DNA of 64,000 nucleotides from Myxococcales bacterium (GTDB lineage Bacteria; Myxococcota_A; Polyangia; Haliangiales; Haliangiaceae): NCBI GenBank assembly GCA_016794525.1, contig JAEUJY010000077.1, positions 109,091 to 173,090 of the forward strand, read 5' to 3'. Shown piece by piece: positions 20,813 to 32,103 of this stretch (position 1 is its first letter; each line of letters starts with the position of its first letter). The notes under the pieces were generated by a model. It saw only the letters and a program-made list of their open reading frames with translations, ran no database searches and was not told where the DNA came from. The position numbers and the translations under genes were made by a program.

Positions 20813-22051
20813 ATGCGTTCATCGTGCGCGTCGCTCATCGGGCTCCTGGTGGTCGCGCTGTCACCGGCCGTCGCCGACGCCCAGCCGGCGTCCGCGCCGC
20901 CGACCTGGCCGGGGCACGTCGACGGTGGCGCGGTGCAGGTCGACGCGCTCGACGTCGCCGCCGACGTGCTGCGGGCGGCGCTGGTCCCGGCGGGCGCCGC
21001 CTATGTCACGATCCCGAGCGGCAAGACCGTCACCGGGCGAGTCCGGGTCGCCAAGCGCGCCCACGCGCTGGCCGCGCTGATCGCCCACGAGCCGACGCTG
21101 GCCGTCGCGTCGCGGCCGATGCGTGGCGGCGGTCCGCGCCTCGATCTCGAGTTCACCGCCGCGCCGACCGCCGATCTCTACCGGTTGCTGGCCGACGTCC
21201 TGCGGACCAACATCGTGGTGCTGGCTCCGTCGACCAACCTGACGATCCGGGCCCGGCGCAAGCCGGCGGGCGGCGTCCTGGCCGAGGTGGCGCGAGCCAG
21301 CGGCGCGGCCATCGACCGGCCGGCGCGCAACGTCGTCGTGGTGCGCCCGGCGAGCGCTCCGCCGATCACGCGGCTGCCCACCGGCGGCGCCACGCTGCGG
21401 CTCGCCGCGCGCCAGATCCTGGCCGGGCACCTCGTCGAGCTGATCCGCGCGCTCGACGGTCCGCGGTCGCCGACCGACGTGCTGCGCGACGCCGCGCTGG
21501 CGTGCGGTAGCGGCCAGCCGGTCGACCTGAGCTTGAAGCAGGTGGCCACCGCGACCGCGCTCGGCATCGTCGAACGGATCGGCGCCGTGAACCTGCGCGG
21601 GCCGCGCTGCGCCCTGCCGCCGCTGGCCCAGGATCCGACGGTCGATCTGAAGCTGCTGGCCACCGTCGAGCGCGGCGGCGCGCGCCTGGCCGCGGTCGAG
21701 CTGGGCGGCGACGCCTACCTGGTCGCGCCCGGCGGCGCGTGGTCGATCGGCGACGCCTGGATCGCGCACCGCGGCTCCGGCGGCGAGCGGCACTGGCGGC
21801 TCTACCCCAGCCTGGGCGCGACGGCAGGCGCGGCACCGGGGGCGACGCCGCCGCGCCAGGCGCGCCTCGCCGCGACGGTCATCGACGGTCGCGCGCGCCT
21901 GGCGATCGTCGAGCTCGACGGCGGGTTTCGGGTCTGGACCGACGGGCGGCCGGTGGTCACCGACGCCGGCGAACGGCTCGACGTGACGGTCGCGCCCGGC
22001 GAGGTCCAGCTGGGCGCGACGACGCTGCGCCTGACGCCGCGCGTGCCGTAG
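20813..22051 (+). CDS. Secreted hypothetical protein with secretin-N/STN-like and two PilP/GspC-like beta domains
   Basis: Signal MRSSCASLIGLLVVALSPAVADA. DLYRLLADVLRTNIVVLAPSTNLTIRARR resembles secretin N0/STN. ARLAAVELGGDAYLVAPGGAWSIGDAW and ARLAIVELDGGFRVWTDGRPV resemble PilP-type beta sandwiches. Motif-level match only. Confidence 0.45.
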   Translation: MRSSCASLIGLLVVALSPAVADAQPASAPPTWPGHVDGGAVQVDALDVAADVLRAALVPAGAAYVTIPSGKTVTGRVRVAKRAHALAALIAHEPTLAVASRPMRGGGPRLDLEFTAAPTADLYRLLADVLRTNIVVLAPSTNLTIRARRKPAGGVLAEVARASGAAIDRPARNVVVVRPASAPPITRLPTGGATLRLAARQILAGHLVELIRALDGPRSPTDVLRDAALACGSGQPVDLSLKQVATATALGIVERIGAVNLRGPRCALPPLAQDPTVDLKLLATVERGGARLAAVELGGDAYLVAPGGAWSIGDAWIAHRGSGGERHWRLYPSLGATAGAAPGATPPRQARLAATVIDGRARLAIVELDGGFRVWTDGRPVVTDAGERLDVTVAPGEVQLGATTLRLTPRVP

Positions 22052-22061
22052 CGCCGCGCGG

Positions 22062-22964
22062 TCAGCCCGGGTAGCGGACGATCGCGCGCAGCTCGCTGGG
22101 CGGCGGCAGGCTGGCGTCGCGGAACGCCCGGGCCATCGCGACCGGGCTGCCGTAGCCGATGCGGTCGGCGACCTCGGCGACCGACGCGTCGGGCGCGCTC
22201 AGCAGCAACAACGCCGCGCGCAGCCGCAGGATGCGGGTGATCTGCCGGAAGTCGCCGCCGAACAGATCGAACTCCTTGGCCATCGCCTTCAGCTCGCGCC
22301 GCACCTGCCGGCTCGAGCGGCCGCTGGTCGCGGCGACCTGATCGATCGTGATCGCGGTGGCGTAGGCGTCGTAGGCCGGCGTGATCGCCTGCCACAGCCG
22401 GGTCAGCGCGGGCGGCTCGTCGAGCGTCAGCGCCGGCGGCGCGGCCAGCACGCCGTCGGCGACCAGCCCGCGCAGCGTCGCCTGCACCGGCGGCAGCGGC
22501 GCGACGCCCGCCGCGGGGGTGCCGGCCAGCGCGATCAGCGCCTCGATCGCGGCCCACGTCGTCGGCGCGAGCGCGCGCGGCCCCGCCGCCAGCCCGACCG
22601 GCCCGCGCACCAGCGCCCGCGCGAGCCGCAGCTCGACCGCCACCGAGCGCTCGCCCCAGGTGCGGAAGCTGCGCGCGCGCGGCGTGACGCGCTCGAGCTC
22701 GTCCTCGGCCATCACCCACAGCCCGGGGCCGTGGCTGCTGAGCTCGCCGGTGACGAACGCGCCGGCCGCCAGCGCGTAGACCGTGACGACGTCGCGCGCC
22801 ACCGGGCTCGGCGGCGCGAACCGCGAGTCGAACAGCAGCCGCCGCTTGTCCATGACGTGCATGCGCACGGTGCGGTCGATGAACAGCGCCGAGCGGACCT
22901 GGGCGCCGGCGAAGTCGGTCTGGCTGGCGGCGAACAGCATCGACGACGGCCACGGTCTTAGCAC
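22062..22964 (-). CDS. AraC-family transcriptional regulator
   Basis: C-terminal double HTH: ITIDQVAATSGRSSRQVRRELKAMAKEF...VAEVADRIGYGSPVAMARAFR. Confidence 0.75.
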   Translation of the reverse strand: MLRPWPSSMLFAASQTDFAGAQVRSALFIDRTVRMHVMDKRRLLFDSRFAPPSPVARDVVTVYALAAGAFVTGELSSHGPGLWVMAEDELERVTPRARSFRTWGERSVAVELRLARALVRGPVGLAAGPRALAPTTWAAIEALIALAGTPAAGVAPLPPVQATLRGLVADGVLAAPPALTLDEPPALTRLWQAITPAYDAYATAITIDQVAATSGRSSRQVRRELKAMAKEFDLFGGDFRQITRILRLRAALLLLSAPDASVAEVADRIGYGSPVAMARAFRDASLPPPSELRAIVRYPG

Positions 22965-23002
22965 GCGGGGCCGCGCCCGAGCGCGCGTGCTACGGTCGAG
23001 GC

Positions 23003-23632
23003 ATGGCGAAGCTGCGCGTGACCTACAACGCCCCGGTGGTGCTCACCTTCGCGCTGGCGGCGGTGATCGTGCAGCTGTTGCCCGACCGCACCCAGGCCTA
23101 CTTCGTCGCGCACCCCGCGCTCGACGGCTGGCGCGCGTACCTCGGGATGTTCACGCACATCCTCGGCCACGCCGGCTGGGATCACCTGCTGGCCAACTTC
23201 TCGATCATCCTGATCATCGGCCCGATCCTCGAGGAGCGGCACGGCTCGGTGTCGCTCCTGGCGATGATCGCGGTGACCGCGCTGATCACCGGCGTCGTCA
23301 ACGCGGCGTTCTTCAACCAGTACCTGCTGGGCGCCAGCGGCATCGCGTTCATGATGGTGATCCTCGGCTCGGTGGCCAACATCAAGGCCGGCGAGATCCC
23401 GCTGACGTTCATCGCGGTGGCCGCGCTGTTCATGGGCCGCGAGGTGGTCGCGGCGTTCAAGGACGATCAGGTCTCGCAGGGCGCGCACCTGATCGGCGGC
23501 ACGGTCGGCGGCGCGTTCGGCTTCCTCGGCGCCGGCCTGGGCGCGCTGCGCGGCGGCGCCAAGCCGGCGGTGGCGGCGGCGACTCCCACGGCGCGGCCGG
23601 TGGCGCGGCCGGGTGGCAAGCCGCCGGCGTGA
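23003..23632 (+). CDS. Rhomboid-family intramembrane serine protease
   Basis: 6-TM protein with GASG (catalytic Ser) and AHLIGG (catalytic His) motifs. Confidence 0.8.
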   Translation: MAKLRVTYNAPVVLTFALAAVIVQLLPDRTQAYFVAHPALDGWRAYLGMFTHILGHAGWDHLLANFSIILIIGPILEERHGSVSLLAMIAVTALITGVVNAAFFNQYLLGASGIAFMMVILGSVANIKAGEIPLTFIAVAALFMGREVVAAFKDDQVSQGAHLIGGTVGGAFGFLGAGLGALRGGAKPAVAAATPTARPVARPGGKPPA

Positions 23633-23664
23633 CGCCGCCGCGGATCGTAGTAAGGTGCGCGCCC

Positions 23665-24675
23665 ATGAAGCGCACCATCGGACTCGCACTCGCGTTGACC
23701 GCCGCCCTCGCCGGCGGCTGCAAGAAGAAGGACAAGGACGCTGGCGCTGGCGCCGGCACCGCCGCGGGCACCGGCGCGGGCACCGCCGCGGGCACCGCCG
23801 CGGGCACCGCCGCGGGCACCGGCTCGGCCGCGCCGGCGATCGACGCCGCCGCCGCGCCGGCGGCGCTGCCGCACTACATGGACGGCCTGGCCACGCCGGA
23901 GTCGGTGCTGTACGACGCCGCCAACGACCGCTACCTGGTGGCGAACATCAACGGCACGCCGTTCGCGGCCGACGACAACGGCTTCATCTCGGAGCTGTCG
24001 CCCGACGGCCAGATCAAGAAGCTGAAGTTCATCGACGGCGCCGCCGCCGACGTGACGCTGAACGCGCCGAAGGGCATGGCGATCGTCGGTGGCACGCTCT
24101 ACGTCGCCGACATCACCGTCGTGCGCCAGTTCGACCTGGCCACCGGCGCCGCCAAGGGCGAGATCAAGGTCGACGGCGCGGCGTTCCTCAACGACGTCGC
24201 GGCGACCGCCGACGGCGGCGTGGTCGTGACCGACACCTCGGTCGACGAGAAGTTCGCGTCGCTCGGCAACGACGCGATCTACAAGATCGGCGCCGACGGC
24301 AAGGTCAGCACGGTCATCAAGGACAAGGCGCTGGGCGGCCCCAACGGCGTGGCGGTCGCCGCCGACGGCACGCTGTGGGTGGTGAGCTTCGGCTCGGGCG
24401 AGATCGCCGCGGTCGACGCCAAGGGCGTCAAGCAGCCGGGGCAGAAGCTGCCCAAGGGCCAGCTCGACGGCATCGAGGCGCTGGCCGGGGGCGACTACCT
24501 GGTGTCGAGCTGGGAGGGCGGGGCGGTGTTTCGCGGCAAGCCGGGCGGCGAGTGGAAGCCGGTGGCCGAGAACCTCAAGGCGCCGGCCGACATCGGCGTC
24601 GACAGCAAGCGCGGCTGGCTGCTGATCCCGCTGTTCACCGAGAACATGGTGCACACGGCCGCGATCGCGCCGTGA
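23665..24675 (+). CDS. Lipoprotein with beta-propeller (SMP-30/gluconolactonase/NHL-like) fold, hypothetical
   Basis: Lipobox MKRTIGLALALTAALAGGC. A (GTAA)n low-complexity linker is followed by blade-like repeats (LYVADI, VVVTDTS, LWVVSFGSGEI). Confidence 0.6.
   Translation: MKRTIGLALALTAALAGGCKKKDKDAGAGAGTAAGTGAGTAAGTAAGTAAGTGSAAPAIDAAAAPAALPHYMDGLATPESVLYDAANDRYLVANINGTPFAADDNGFISELSPDGQIKKLKFIDGAAADVTLNAPKGMAIVGGTLYVADITVVRQFDLATGAAKGEIKVDGAAFLNDVAATADGGVVVTDTSVDEKFASLGNDAIYKIGADGKVSTVIKDKALGGPNGVAVAADGTLWVVSFGSGEIAAVDAKGVKQPGQKLPKGQLDGIEALAGGDYLVSSWEGGAVFRGKPGGEWKPVAENLKAPADIGVDSKRGWLLIPLFTENMVHTAAIAP
23753..23820 (+). repeat. Tandem 12-bp repeat (ggcaccgccgcg)x~5 encoding a GTAAGTAAGTAAGT linker
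   Basis: Seen directly in the sequence inside the lipoprotein gene. Confidence 0.6.
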
Positions 24676-24720
24676 GCCGTGCTTCTGGGGGCTGGTCGCC
24701 CAGCCCCCTCCGCGCGGCGA

Positions 24721-26160
24721 TCAGCCGCCGTCGGGCGCGGGCGGCGTGGCGGTGACGATGCGGTTGCGCCCGCTGCGCTTGGCGGCGTAGAGCCGCTCGT
24801 CGGCGCGGGCCAGGAGCGTCGCCGGATCGCCGCCGTCGTCGGGGAACTGGGCGACGCCGCACGAGAACGTGTAGCGCGGCAGCTCGGGCGTCCCCGGCCG
24901 CTCGGCCAGCTTGGCCCGCAGCGCGTCGAGCACGCCGGCGGCCTGGTCGACGGTGGCGCGGCGCATGACGACGACGAACTCCTCGCCGCCGTAGCGGCCG
25001 ACCAGGTCGCTGCCGCGCAGCCGCTCGGCCAGCACCTTGGCGATGTCGCGCAGCACCGCGTCGCCGACCAGGTGGCCGTGCTGGTCGTTGACCTGCTTGA
25101 AGAAGTCGACGTCGAGCAGCGCCACCGCGACGCGCTCGCCGGCCGCCGCGCCGTGGGCCAGCGCCGCCGCGAGCTGCTCGAGCGCGAAGCGTCGGTTGTA
25201 GATGCCGGTCAGCCCGTCGCGGATCGCCAGGTCGCGCAGGTGGGCCTCGCTGGCGCGCAGCGCGGCCTCGGCCCGGCGCTGCAGCGTCACGTCGCGGTAG
25301 CTCCAGACGCGGCCGACGATGTCGCCGCGCAGGCGCTGGGGGCGGCCGGTGCGCTCGAACACCCGGCCGTCGAGCAGCTGGATCACGTCGACGGTGTCGG
25401 CCTCGGGCGCGGCCAGGATGTCGGTGGCGCCGGCCAGGAACCGATCGAGCTGGTGGGTCCGCTGCGCCATGTGGACCTGCATCAGGTCGACGTCGCGCGG
25501 CGGCGTCTCCAGGCCCCACATCTCGAGGAAGCGGCGGTTGAACGCGACCACCTTGTTGCCGTCGATCGCGACGATGCCCTCGCCGGTCGACTCGAGCGTC
25601 GCGGCCAGCAGCGCCTCGCGCCGCGCCCGCTGCGCCAGCTCGAGCGCCAGCGAGGTCAGGCTGGCGAGGAACGCGGCGTCGCGCTGCTCGGAGGTGGTCC
25701 ACGCGCGGGCGCCGCCGACGTGCTCGTTGCACACGACGCCGACCAGCGCGCCGCCGGTGCGCAGCGGCGCGTCGAGCAGCGCGCCGATCGCCAGCGGCGT
25801 CAGGTAGCCGGTCGAGAACTCGCTGGTGCGCGGGTCGGTGTGCGCGTCGATCGCCGCGATCGGCTCCTCGCTGGTGAGCGCCGCGAAGTAGCGGGGGTAG
25901 TCGGCGGCGGCCAGCACGACGCCGCTGGCGTGGACGCCGCGGTCGCGCTCGTAGAGGTCGGCGCAGCGCAGCGACTGGCGATCGTCGCTCAAGAGCCAGA
26001 CGCTGCAGCGGGCCACGCCGATCGCGGTGCAGCCGGTCTCGGTGATCGCGCGGATCGCGCCGTCGGGGTCACCCTCGTACCGCCGCCAGACCCGCGCCAG
26101 CTCGGACAGCGCGTCGGCCGACGAGGGCGGCGTGGGCTCGGCGTGATCGGGCGGGGACAA
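24721..26160 (-). CDS. GAF/PAS sensor diguanylate cyclase (GGDEF)
   Basis: C-terminal GGDEF domain with RYGGEEF active-site motif and upstream RxxD region; N-terminal GAF-like sensor. Confidence 0.85.
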   Translation of the reverse strand: MSPPDHAEPTPPSSADALSELARVWRRYEGDPDGAIRAITETGCTAIGVARCSVWLLSDDRQSLRCADLYERDRGVHASGVVLAAADYPRYFAALTSEEPIAAIDAHTDPRTSEFSTGYLTPLAIGALLDAPLRTGGALVGVVCNEHVGGARAWTTSEQRDAAFLASLTSLALELAQRARREALLAATLESTGEGIVAIDGNKVVAFNRRFLEMWGLETPPRDVDLMQVHMAQRTHQLDRFLAGATDILAAPEADTVDVIQLLDGRVFERTGRPQRLRGDIVGRVWSYRDVTLQRRAEAALRASEAHLRDLAIRDGLTGIYNRRFALEQLAAALAHGAAAGERVAVALLDVDFFKQVNDQHGHLVGDAVLRDIAKVLAERLRGSDLVGRYGGEEFVVVMRRATVDQAAGVLDALRAKLAERPGTPELPRYTFSCGVAQFPDDGGDPATLLARADERLYAAKRSGRNRIVTATPPAPDGG

Positions 26161-26193
26161 CCCGACCAGTGTAGCCGAAGACCCGGCCGGCGA

Positions 26194-26988
26194 TCAGCGC
26201 GGCAGGCGGTTGATGCGGACGGTGCGGCTGCGCGGCTCGATGTCCGACGGCCAGCGCACCGGCGGCAGCGGCGTCGCCGGCCGGGCCAGCAGGTAGCCCT
26301 GGCCGTAGCGCGCGCCCGCGGCGATCACCGACTCCAGCTCGGCCTCGGTCTCGATGCCCTCGGCGACCACCTTCGCGCCCAGGTCGGTGCACAGCTGGAT
26401 CACGCTGGCGACCAGCTTGAACATGCGCGAGCCCAGCGTGAGGCCGGCGACCAGCATGCGATCGAGCTTGACCACCCGCGGGTTGAGGTCGGCGATGTAC
26501 TTGACGTTGGAGTAGCCGGCGCCGAAGTCGTCGACGACGAGGTGGACGCCGCGGCCGCGCACCTCGTTGAGCATGTTCTGGCACAGCGCGAAGTGCGACA
26601 GCGGCACGTCCTCGGTGATCTCCAGGTAGACGTCCTCGGAGTGCTGGAAGATCGGGTCGTCGGGCTGGACCAGCCAGCCCTCGTTGAGCTCGGCCGGGTT
26701 GAGGTTCAGGAACAGCGGCGTGTCGGGGCAGCCGTCGACCGCGAGCTTGCGCAGCTTGCGCCCGAGCTGGCCGGTGACGCCGTACCGGGTGGCGGAGGCG
26801 AACAGGCTGATCGGCCCGTCGAACTCCGGCGCGGTGGTGCGGGCCAGCGCCTCGTAGGCGAAGGCCCGCCGGGTCCGCAGGTCGACCACCGGCTGGTACA
26901 CGACGAACAGCTCGTCGGACGTGAGCACGCGATGGATCGGCTCGCGGTGCCCCTCGCGGAACGGAGGGCTCTTGGTCGGGCGCGCCAC
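26194..26988 (-). CDS. EAL-domain c-di-GMP phosphodiesterase
   Basis: YQPVVDL, EALAR, DDFGAGYS and EGIETEAE motifs. Immediately downstream of the GGDEF gene. Confidence 0.85.
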   Translation of the reverse strand: MARPTKSPPFREGHREPIHRVLTSDELFVVYQPVVDLRTRRAFAYEALARTTAPEFDGPISLFASATRYGVTGQLGRKLRKLAVDGCPDTPLFLNLNPAELNEGWLVQPDDPIFQHSEDVYLEITEDVPLSHFALCQNMLNEVRGRGVHLVVDDFGAGYSNVKYIADLNPRVVKLDRMLVAGLTLGSRMFKLVASVIQLCTDLGAKVVAEGIETEAELESVIAAGARYGQGYLLARPATPLPPVRWPSDIEPRSRTVRINRLPR

Positions 26989-27025
26989 GTCTCCCAGCGT
27001 AACAGACCGCGCGGCGCGACGTCGC

Positions 27026-28447
27026 CTACTCGCCGTTGTCGACCGGCGGCGCGCACACCGACAGCGACGCCGGCTGGGTGTCGATGACCGACACCGGCGT
27101 GCCGGTGAGCCACGCGACGATCGCGCCGCGCCAGGTGAGCGCCTGACCGCCGGGCGGGGTCACCGTCGTGATCTGGAAGTAGTCCTTGCTGGTGAGCGCG
27201 ACGTGCTGGCCGCAGTTCGGCGCGTAGATCCCGGGGGCGACCGTGATCGCGGCGCGCTCCTCGGCCGTGGACTGAATGCCCGGCAGCGCCTGCGCGGTGG
27301 CGCGGTACCAGGTGGCCAGCGTCGGCATCGGCACGCCGAGGTCGGTGTACTGGCCGCCGATCACCGGATCGCGCAGGTCCTGGCGCGCGATGAACGGCGT
27401 CGTGACGTGGTTCATGACGACGTGGGTGTTGTCGCCGCACATCCACTGGTCGGCCGGCGCGTGCATCGCCAGGCACGACTGGTCGGTGTACATGCCCCAG
27501 TTGCCGGTCTGGACCACCGGCCAGCCCATCGTCTGGGCCTGGCCGTCGACCTGCGCGGCGATCGCCGGGTCGATGTCGCTCGAGCGCGGCGGCAGGTTGG
27601 CGTCGAAGACGCCGCGCACCTGGGTGCCGTTGGGGGCCAGCCGCCCGGCGACGTAGTCGAGGTTGTACTCGGCGCCGGCGCCGCCGGCCGACGTGCCGCT
27701 CCACACCACCAGGCTGGCGGCGGTCAGCCGCGGCAGCGTCACCGCGCCGTCGTCGGAGGTGACCGGTCCGGCCAGCAGCTGATCGAGCGCGGCCTGGACG
27801 ATCGTGTGGCCGCGGAAGTGGATGCGGTAGCGCTGGGTCGGATCCGTCGGGTGCTCGAGGATGGTGTCGCTCTTGGTGCCGCTCCAGCTGTCCGAGCTGC
27901 AGTAGTACATCAGCACGCCGTTGGCCTCGCCGAACGGGTTGATGCCGTCGCGATCGAACAGCCCCTGGTCGTCGCTGTTGGCCACCATCGGCGTCCACCG
28001 CGAGCTCATCTTGGCCTTGGTGTATTTCTGGGTGCCGCAGTAGCGGACGGCGCAGCTCGCGGCGGTGCCGCAGGCGCTGCCGCCCTGCTGGTAGAACACC
28101 CAGCGGCCGGCGTTGGTGCCGCCGGTCGAGGCGCGGATGTAGATCACGGCCCGGGTGCCGTCGTTGCACACCGCGTCGGGGTTGGTGAGCGTGACCTTGT
28201 GCAGGTCGTCGCCGGCGCCGACGCCGGAGCCCGGCGTGTACGCGCCGCACTGCGCGGCCAGGAACTCGTCGATCATCGGCACCGCGGGCGGCCCGTCCGG
28301 TGCGGCGTCGGGCGGGGGCGGCGGAGCGTCGGGCGGGAGCGCCGCGTCGGGGGAGGCCGGCGGGGCGTCGGTGGCGGCGCGATCGTCGACCGAGCCGCAG
28401 GCCGCGACGAACGTCGGCAGGAGCGCGAGGTACCGGAGGCTTGCCAT
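27026..28447 (-). CDS. Secreted lipoprotein, pectin acetylesterase/Notum-like alpha/beta hydrolase
   Basis: Lipobox MASLRYLALLPTFVAAC. The WVFYQQGGSAC motif aligns with the PAE GGGWC motif; nucleophile GTSAGG. The 1048-aa ORF extension upstream is spurious. Confidence 0.6.
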   Translation of the reverse strand: MASLRYLALLPTFVAACGSVDDRAATDAPPASPDAALPPDAPPPPPDAAPDGPPAVPMIDEFLAAQCGAYTPGSGVGAGDDLHKVTLTNPDAVCNDGTRAVIYIRASTGGTNAGRWVFYQQGGSACGTAASCAVRYCGTQKYTKAKMSSRWTPMVANSDDQGLFDRDGINPFGEANGVLMYYCSSDSWSGTKSDTILEHPTDPTQRYRIHFRGHTIVQAALDQLLAGPVTSDDGAVTLPRLTAASLVVWSGTSAGGAGAEYNLDYVAGRLAPNGTQVRGVFDANLPPRSSDIDPAIAAQVDGQAQTMGWPVVQTGNWGMYTDQSCLAMHAPADQWMCGDNTHVVMNHVTTPFIARQDLRDPVIGGQYTDLGVPMPTLATWYRATAQALPGIQSTAEERAAITVAPGIYAPNCGQHVALTSKDYFQITTVTPPGGQALTWRGAIVAWLTGTPVSVIDTQPASLSVCAPPVDNGE

Positions 28448-28557
28448 CCCGCGCGGTGTTGCAGGCCGCGGGCCGGGCCAAGCTCGCGGAACGACGTCGC
28501 CGCCGGGACCTCGCGGTCCCGGCCGGTCCGGGGCGTCGGTGCCTCGGGTGCCCGGCG

Positions 28558-30846
28558 TCAGGCGTTCAGCGCCAGCTGGGTCGCGCGCGCCAGGTTGCGC
28601 TCGAGCTGCAGCTTGCCAGCGCCGTACTGCACCGGCCACGGCACGTCGGTCACGCCCTGCTCGGCCGCGGCGTGCAGCGTCCAGTACGGGTCGGCGAGGT
28701 GGGGCCGGGCCAGCGCGCACAGGTCGGCGCGGCCGGCGGCGATGATCGTGTTGACGTGATCGGCCTCGAAGATGTTGCCGACCGCGATGGTGGGCACGTG
28801 CAGCGCGTTGCGGATCTGATCCGACAGCGGCACCTGGAACATCCGACCGTAGACCGGGCGCTCGTGCTTGACCACCTGGCCGGACGACACGTGGACGATG
28901 TCGACGCCGGCGGCCTGGAACCGCCGCGCGATCTCGACCGCCTCGTCGCCGGTGTTGCCGTCGGGCGCCCAGTCGTGGGCGCTGAGCCGCACCGACATCG
29001 GGCGATCGGCCGGCCACGCCGCGCGCATCGCCGCGAACACCTCGAGCGGGAACTTGCAGCGGGCGTCGACGCTGCCGCCGTACGCGTCGCTGCGCCGGTT
29101 GGTCAGCGGCGACAGGAACGACGACAGCAGGTAGCCGTGGGCGCAGTGCAGCTCGAGCAGGTCGAACCCGCAGCGCGCGGCGCGCTTGGTCGCGGCGACG
29201 TGGGCGGCCAGCACGGCGTCCATGTCGGCGCGGGTCATCGTGCGCGGCACCTGCGACGTGGGCAGGTACGGCAGCGGCGACGGCGCGATCAGCTCCCAGC
29301 CGCCGGCCGGCAGGGGCTGATCGGCGCCCTCCCAGGCCAGCTTGGTCGCGCCCTTGCGGCCGGCGTGGCCCAGCTGCATGGCGATCTTGGTCGACCCGGC
29401 GCGGTGGACGAAGTCGACGATGCGCTTCCACGCGGCTTCCTGGACGTCGTTCCACAGCCCGGTGCAACCCGGCGTGATGCGCGCCTCGGGCCCGACGCAG
29501 GTCATCTCGGTGAACATCAGGCCGGCGCCGCCGGTGGCGCGGCTGCCGTAGTGCACGAGGTGGAAGTCGTCGGGCGTGCCGTCCTGGGCCGAGTACATGC
29601 ACATCGGCGACACCGCGACCCGGTTGGGGATCGTCAGGTGCCGCAGCCGGAACGGCGTGAACATCGGCGGCACCTCGCGATCGGGCACGCCGCTCTGGGC
29701 GGCGATCGCGCGATCGACGCCGGCGATGTAGGCCGGGTCGCGCAGCCGCTGGTTGGCGTGGCCGACCCGCTGGCTGCCGGTGAGCAGCGAGAACACGAAC
29801 TGCTGCGGCGGCAGGTCGACGTAGCGGTCGACGTGCTCGAACCAGGTCATCCGGTTGCGCGCCGCGCTCTGCAGCTTGAGCGCCTCGACCTCGCGCTCGG
29901 CCTGGTAGCGGGCCAGCCGGGTCGGGACGTCGCCGTCGGTCGACTGCAGCACCGCGGCCAGCGCGATCGCGTCCTCCATGGCCAGCTTGGTGCCCGAGCC
30001 GATCGAGAAGTGCGCGGTGTGGGCGGCGTCGCCGAGCAGGACGATGTTGTCCTTGTACCAGCGCTCGCACAGCACGCGGTTGAAGCGCAGCCACACCGCC
30101 GAGCCGCGCAGGTGGCGGGCGTTGGAGATCAGGCGGTGGCCGTCGAGCAGGTCGGCGAACAGCTCCTCGCACAGCGCGATCGACTGGTCGGCGGTCATCG
30201 CGTGGATGCCGGCGGCGCGCCAGACGTGCTCGGGGGTCTCGACGATGAACGTCGACATCTCGTCGTCGAACCGGTACGCGTGCAGGTTGAACCAGCCGTG
30301 CGCGGTCTGGCGGAACGCGAACGTGAACGCGTCGAGCTTCTTCTTGGTGCCGAGCCAGATGAACCGGCAGTCGCCGACCTGGATCCGCGGGTTGAAGTGG
30401 GCCTCGTGCTTCTTGCGGGTCACCGAGTGCACGCCGTCGGCGCCGATCACCAGGTCGTACTGCTTGGCGTAGACGTCGGGGTCGGTGAACTCGGTCTCGT
30501 ACTGGATCGTCACGCCGAGCGCACGGGCGCGATCCTGGAGGATCTGCAAGAGCTTCATCCGGGCGATGCCGCAGAAGCCGTGGCCGCTCGACGTGATCTT
30601 CTCGCCCTTGAAGTAGGTGTCGATGTCGTCCCAGTGGCGGAACGCGCGCTCGATCTGCTCGACCACCTCGGGCGCCTGGGCCCGGAAGCCGTCCATCGTC
30701 TTGTCGGAGAACACGACGCCCCAGCCGAAGGTGTCCTCGGCCTTGTTGCGCTCGTAGACGGTGATCTCGTGGCGGGGATCCGCCTGCTTCATCAGGATCG
30801 CGAAGAACAGGCCGGCGGGGCCGCCGCCGAGACAGAGGATGCGCAT
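28558..30846 (-). CDS. Bifunctional FAD monooxygenase + Old Yellow Enzyme reductase fusion (2-aminobenzoyl-CoA / salicylyl-CoA monooxygenase-reductase-like)
   Basis: N-terminal [13 protein letters not shown] dinucleotide fold plus a DxxxxxGxxSxxR-type FAD monooxygenase. The C-terminal ~370 aa is OYE-like ([32 protein letters not shown]). 762 aa total, as in ACMR-type enzymes. Confidence 0.8.
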   Translation of the reverse strand: MRILCLGGGPAGLFFAILMKQADPRHEITVYERNKAEDTFGWGVVFSDKTMDGFRAQAPEVVEQIERAFRHWDDIDTYFKGEKITSSGHGFCGIARMKLLQILQDRARALGVTIQYETEFTDPDVYAKQYDLVIGADGVHSVTRKKHEAHFNPRIQVGDCRFIWLGTKKKLDAFTFAFRQTAHGWFNLHAYRFDDEMSTFIVETPEHVWRAAGIHAMTADQSIALCEELFADLLDGHRLISNARHLRGSAVWLRFNRVLCERWYKDNIVLLGDAAHTAHFSIGSGTKLAMEDAIALAAVLQSTDGDVPTRLARYQAEREVEALKLQSAARNRMTWFEHVDRYVDLPPQQFVFSLLTGSQRVGHANQRLRDPAYIAGVDRAIAAQSGVPDREVPPMFTPFRLRHLTIPNRVAVSPMCMYSAQDGTPDDFHLVHYGSRATGGAGLMFTEMTCVGPEARITPGCTGLWNDVQEAAWKRIVDFVHRAGSTKIAMQLGHAGRKGATKLAWEGADQPLPAGGWELIAPSPLPYLPTSQVPRTMTRADMDAVLAAHVAATKRAARCGFDLLELHCAHGYLLSSFLSPLTNRRSDAYGGSVDARCKFPLEVFAAMRAAWPADRPMSVRLSAHDWAPDGNTGDEAVEIARRFQAAGVDIVHVSSGQVVKHERPVYGRMFQVPLSDQIRNALHVPTIAVGNIFEADHVNTIIAAGRADLCALARPHLADPYWTLHAAAEQGVTDVPWPVQYGAGKLQLERNLARATQLALNA

Positions 30847-30862
30847 CGGATACTCCTGGAAC

Positions 30863-31978
<1,116 letters not shown>

Positions 31979-32103
31979 CGGCGGCGAGTGTCGTCAGATC
32001 GCCCCCCCGGCACAAGCGCCGCCCGCTGTCTGGGCCTTGCGGTCGGGTGGCGCACGCCGCGATGCCGCGCTGCGGCAGGGTGATCAGATCCGATCAGCCG
32101 CGA

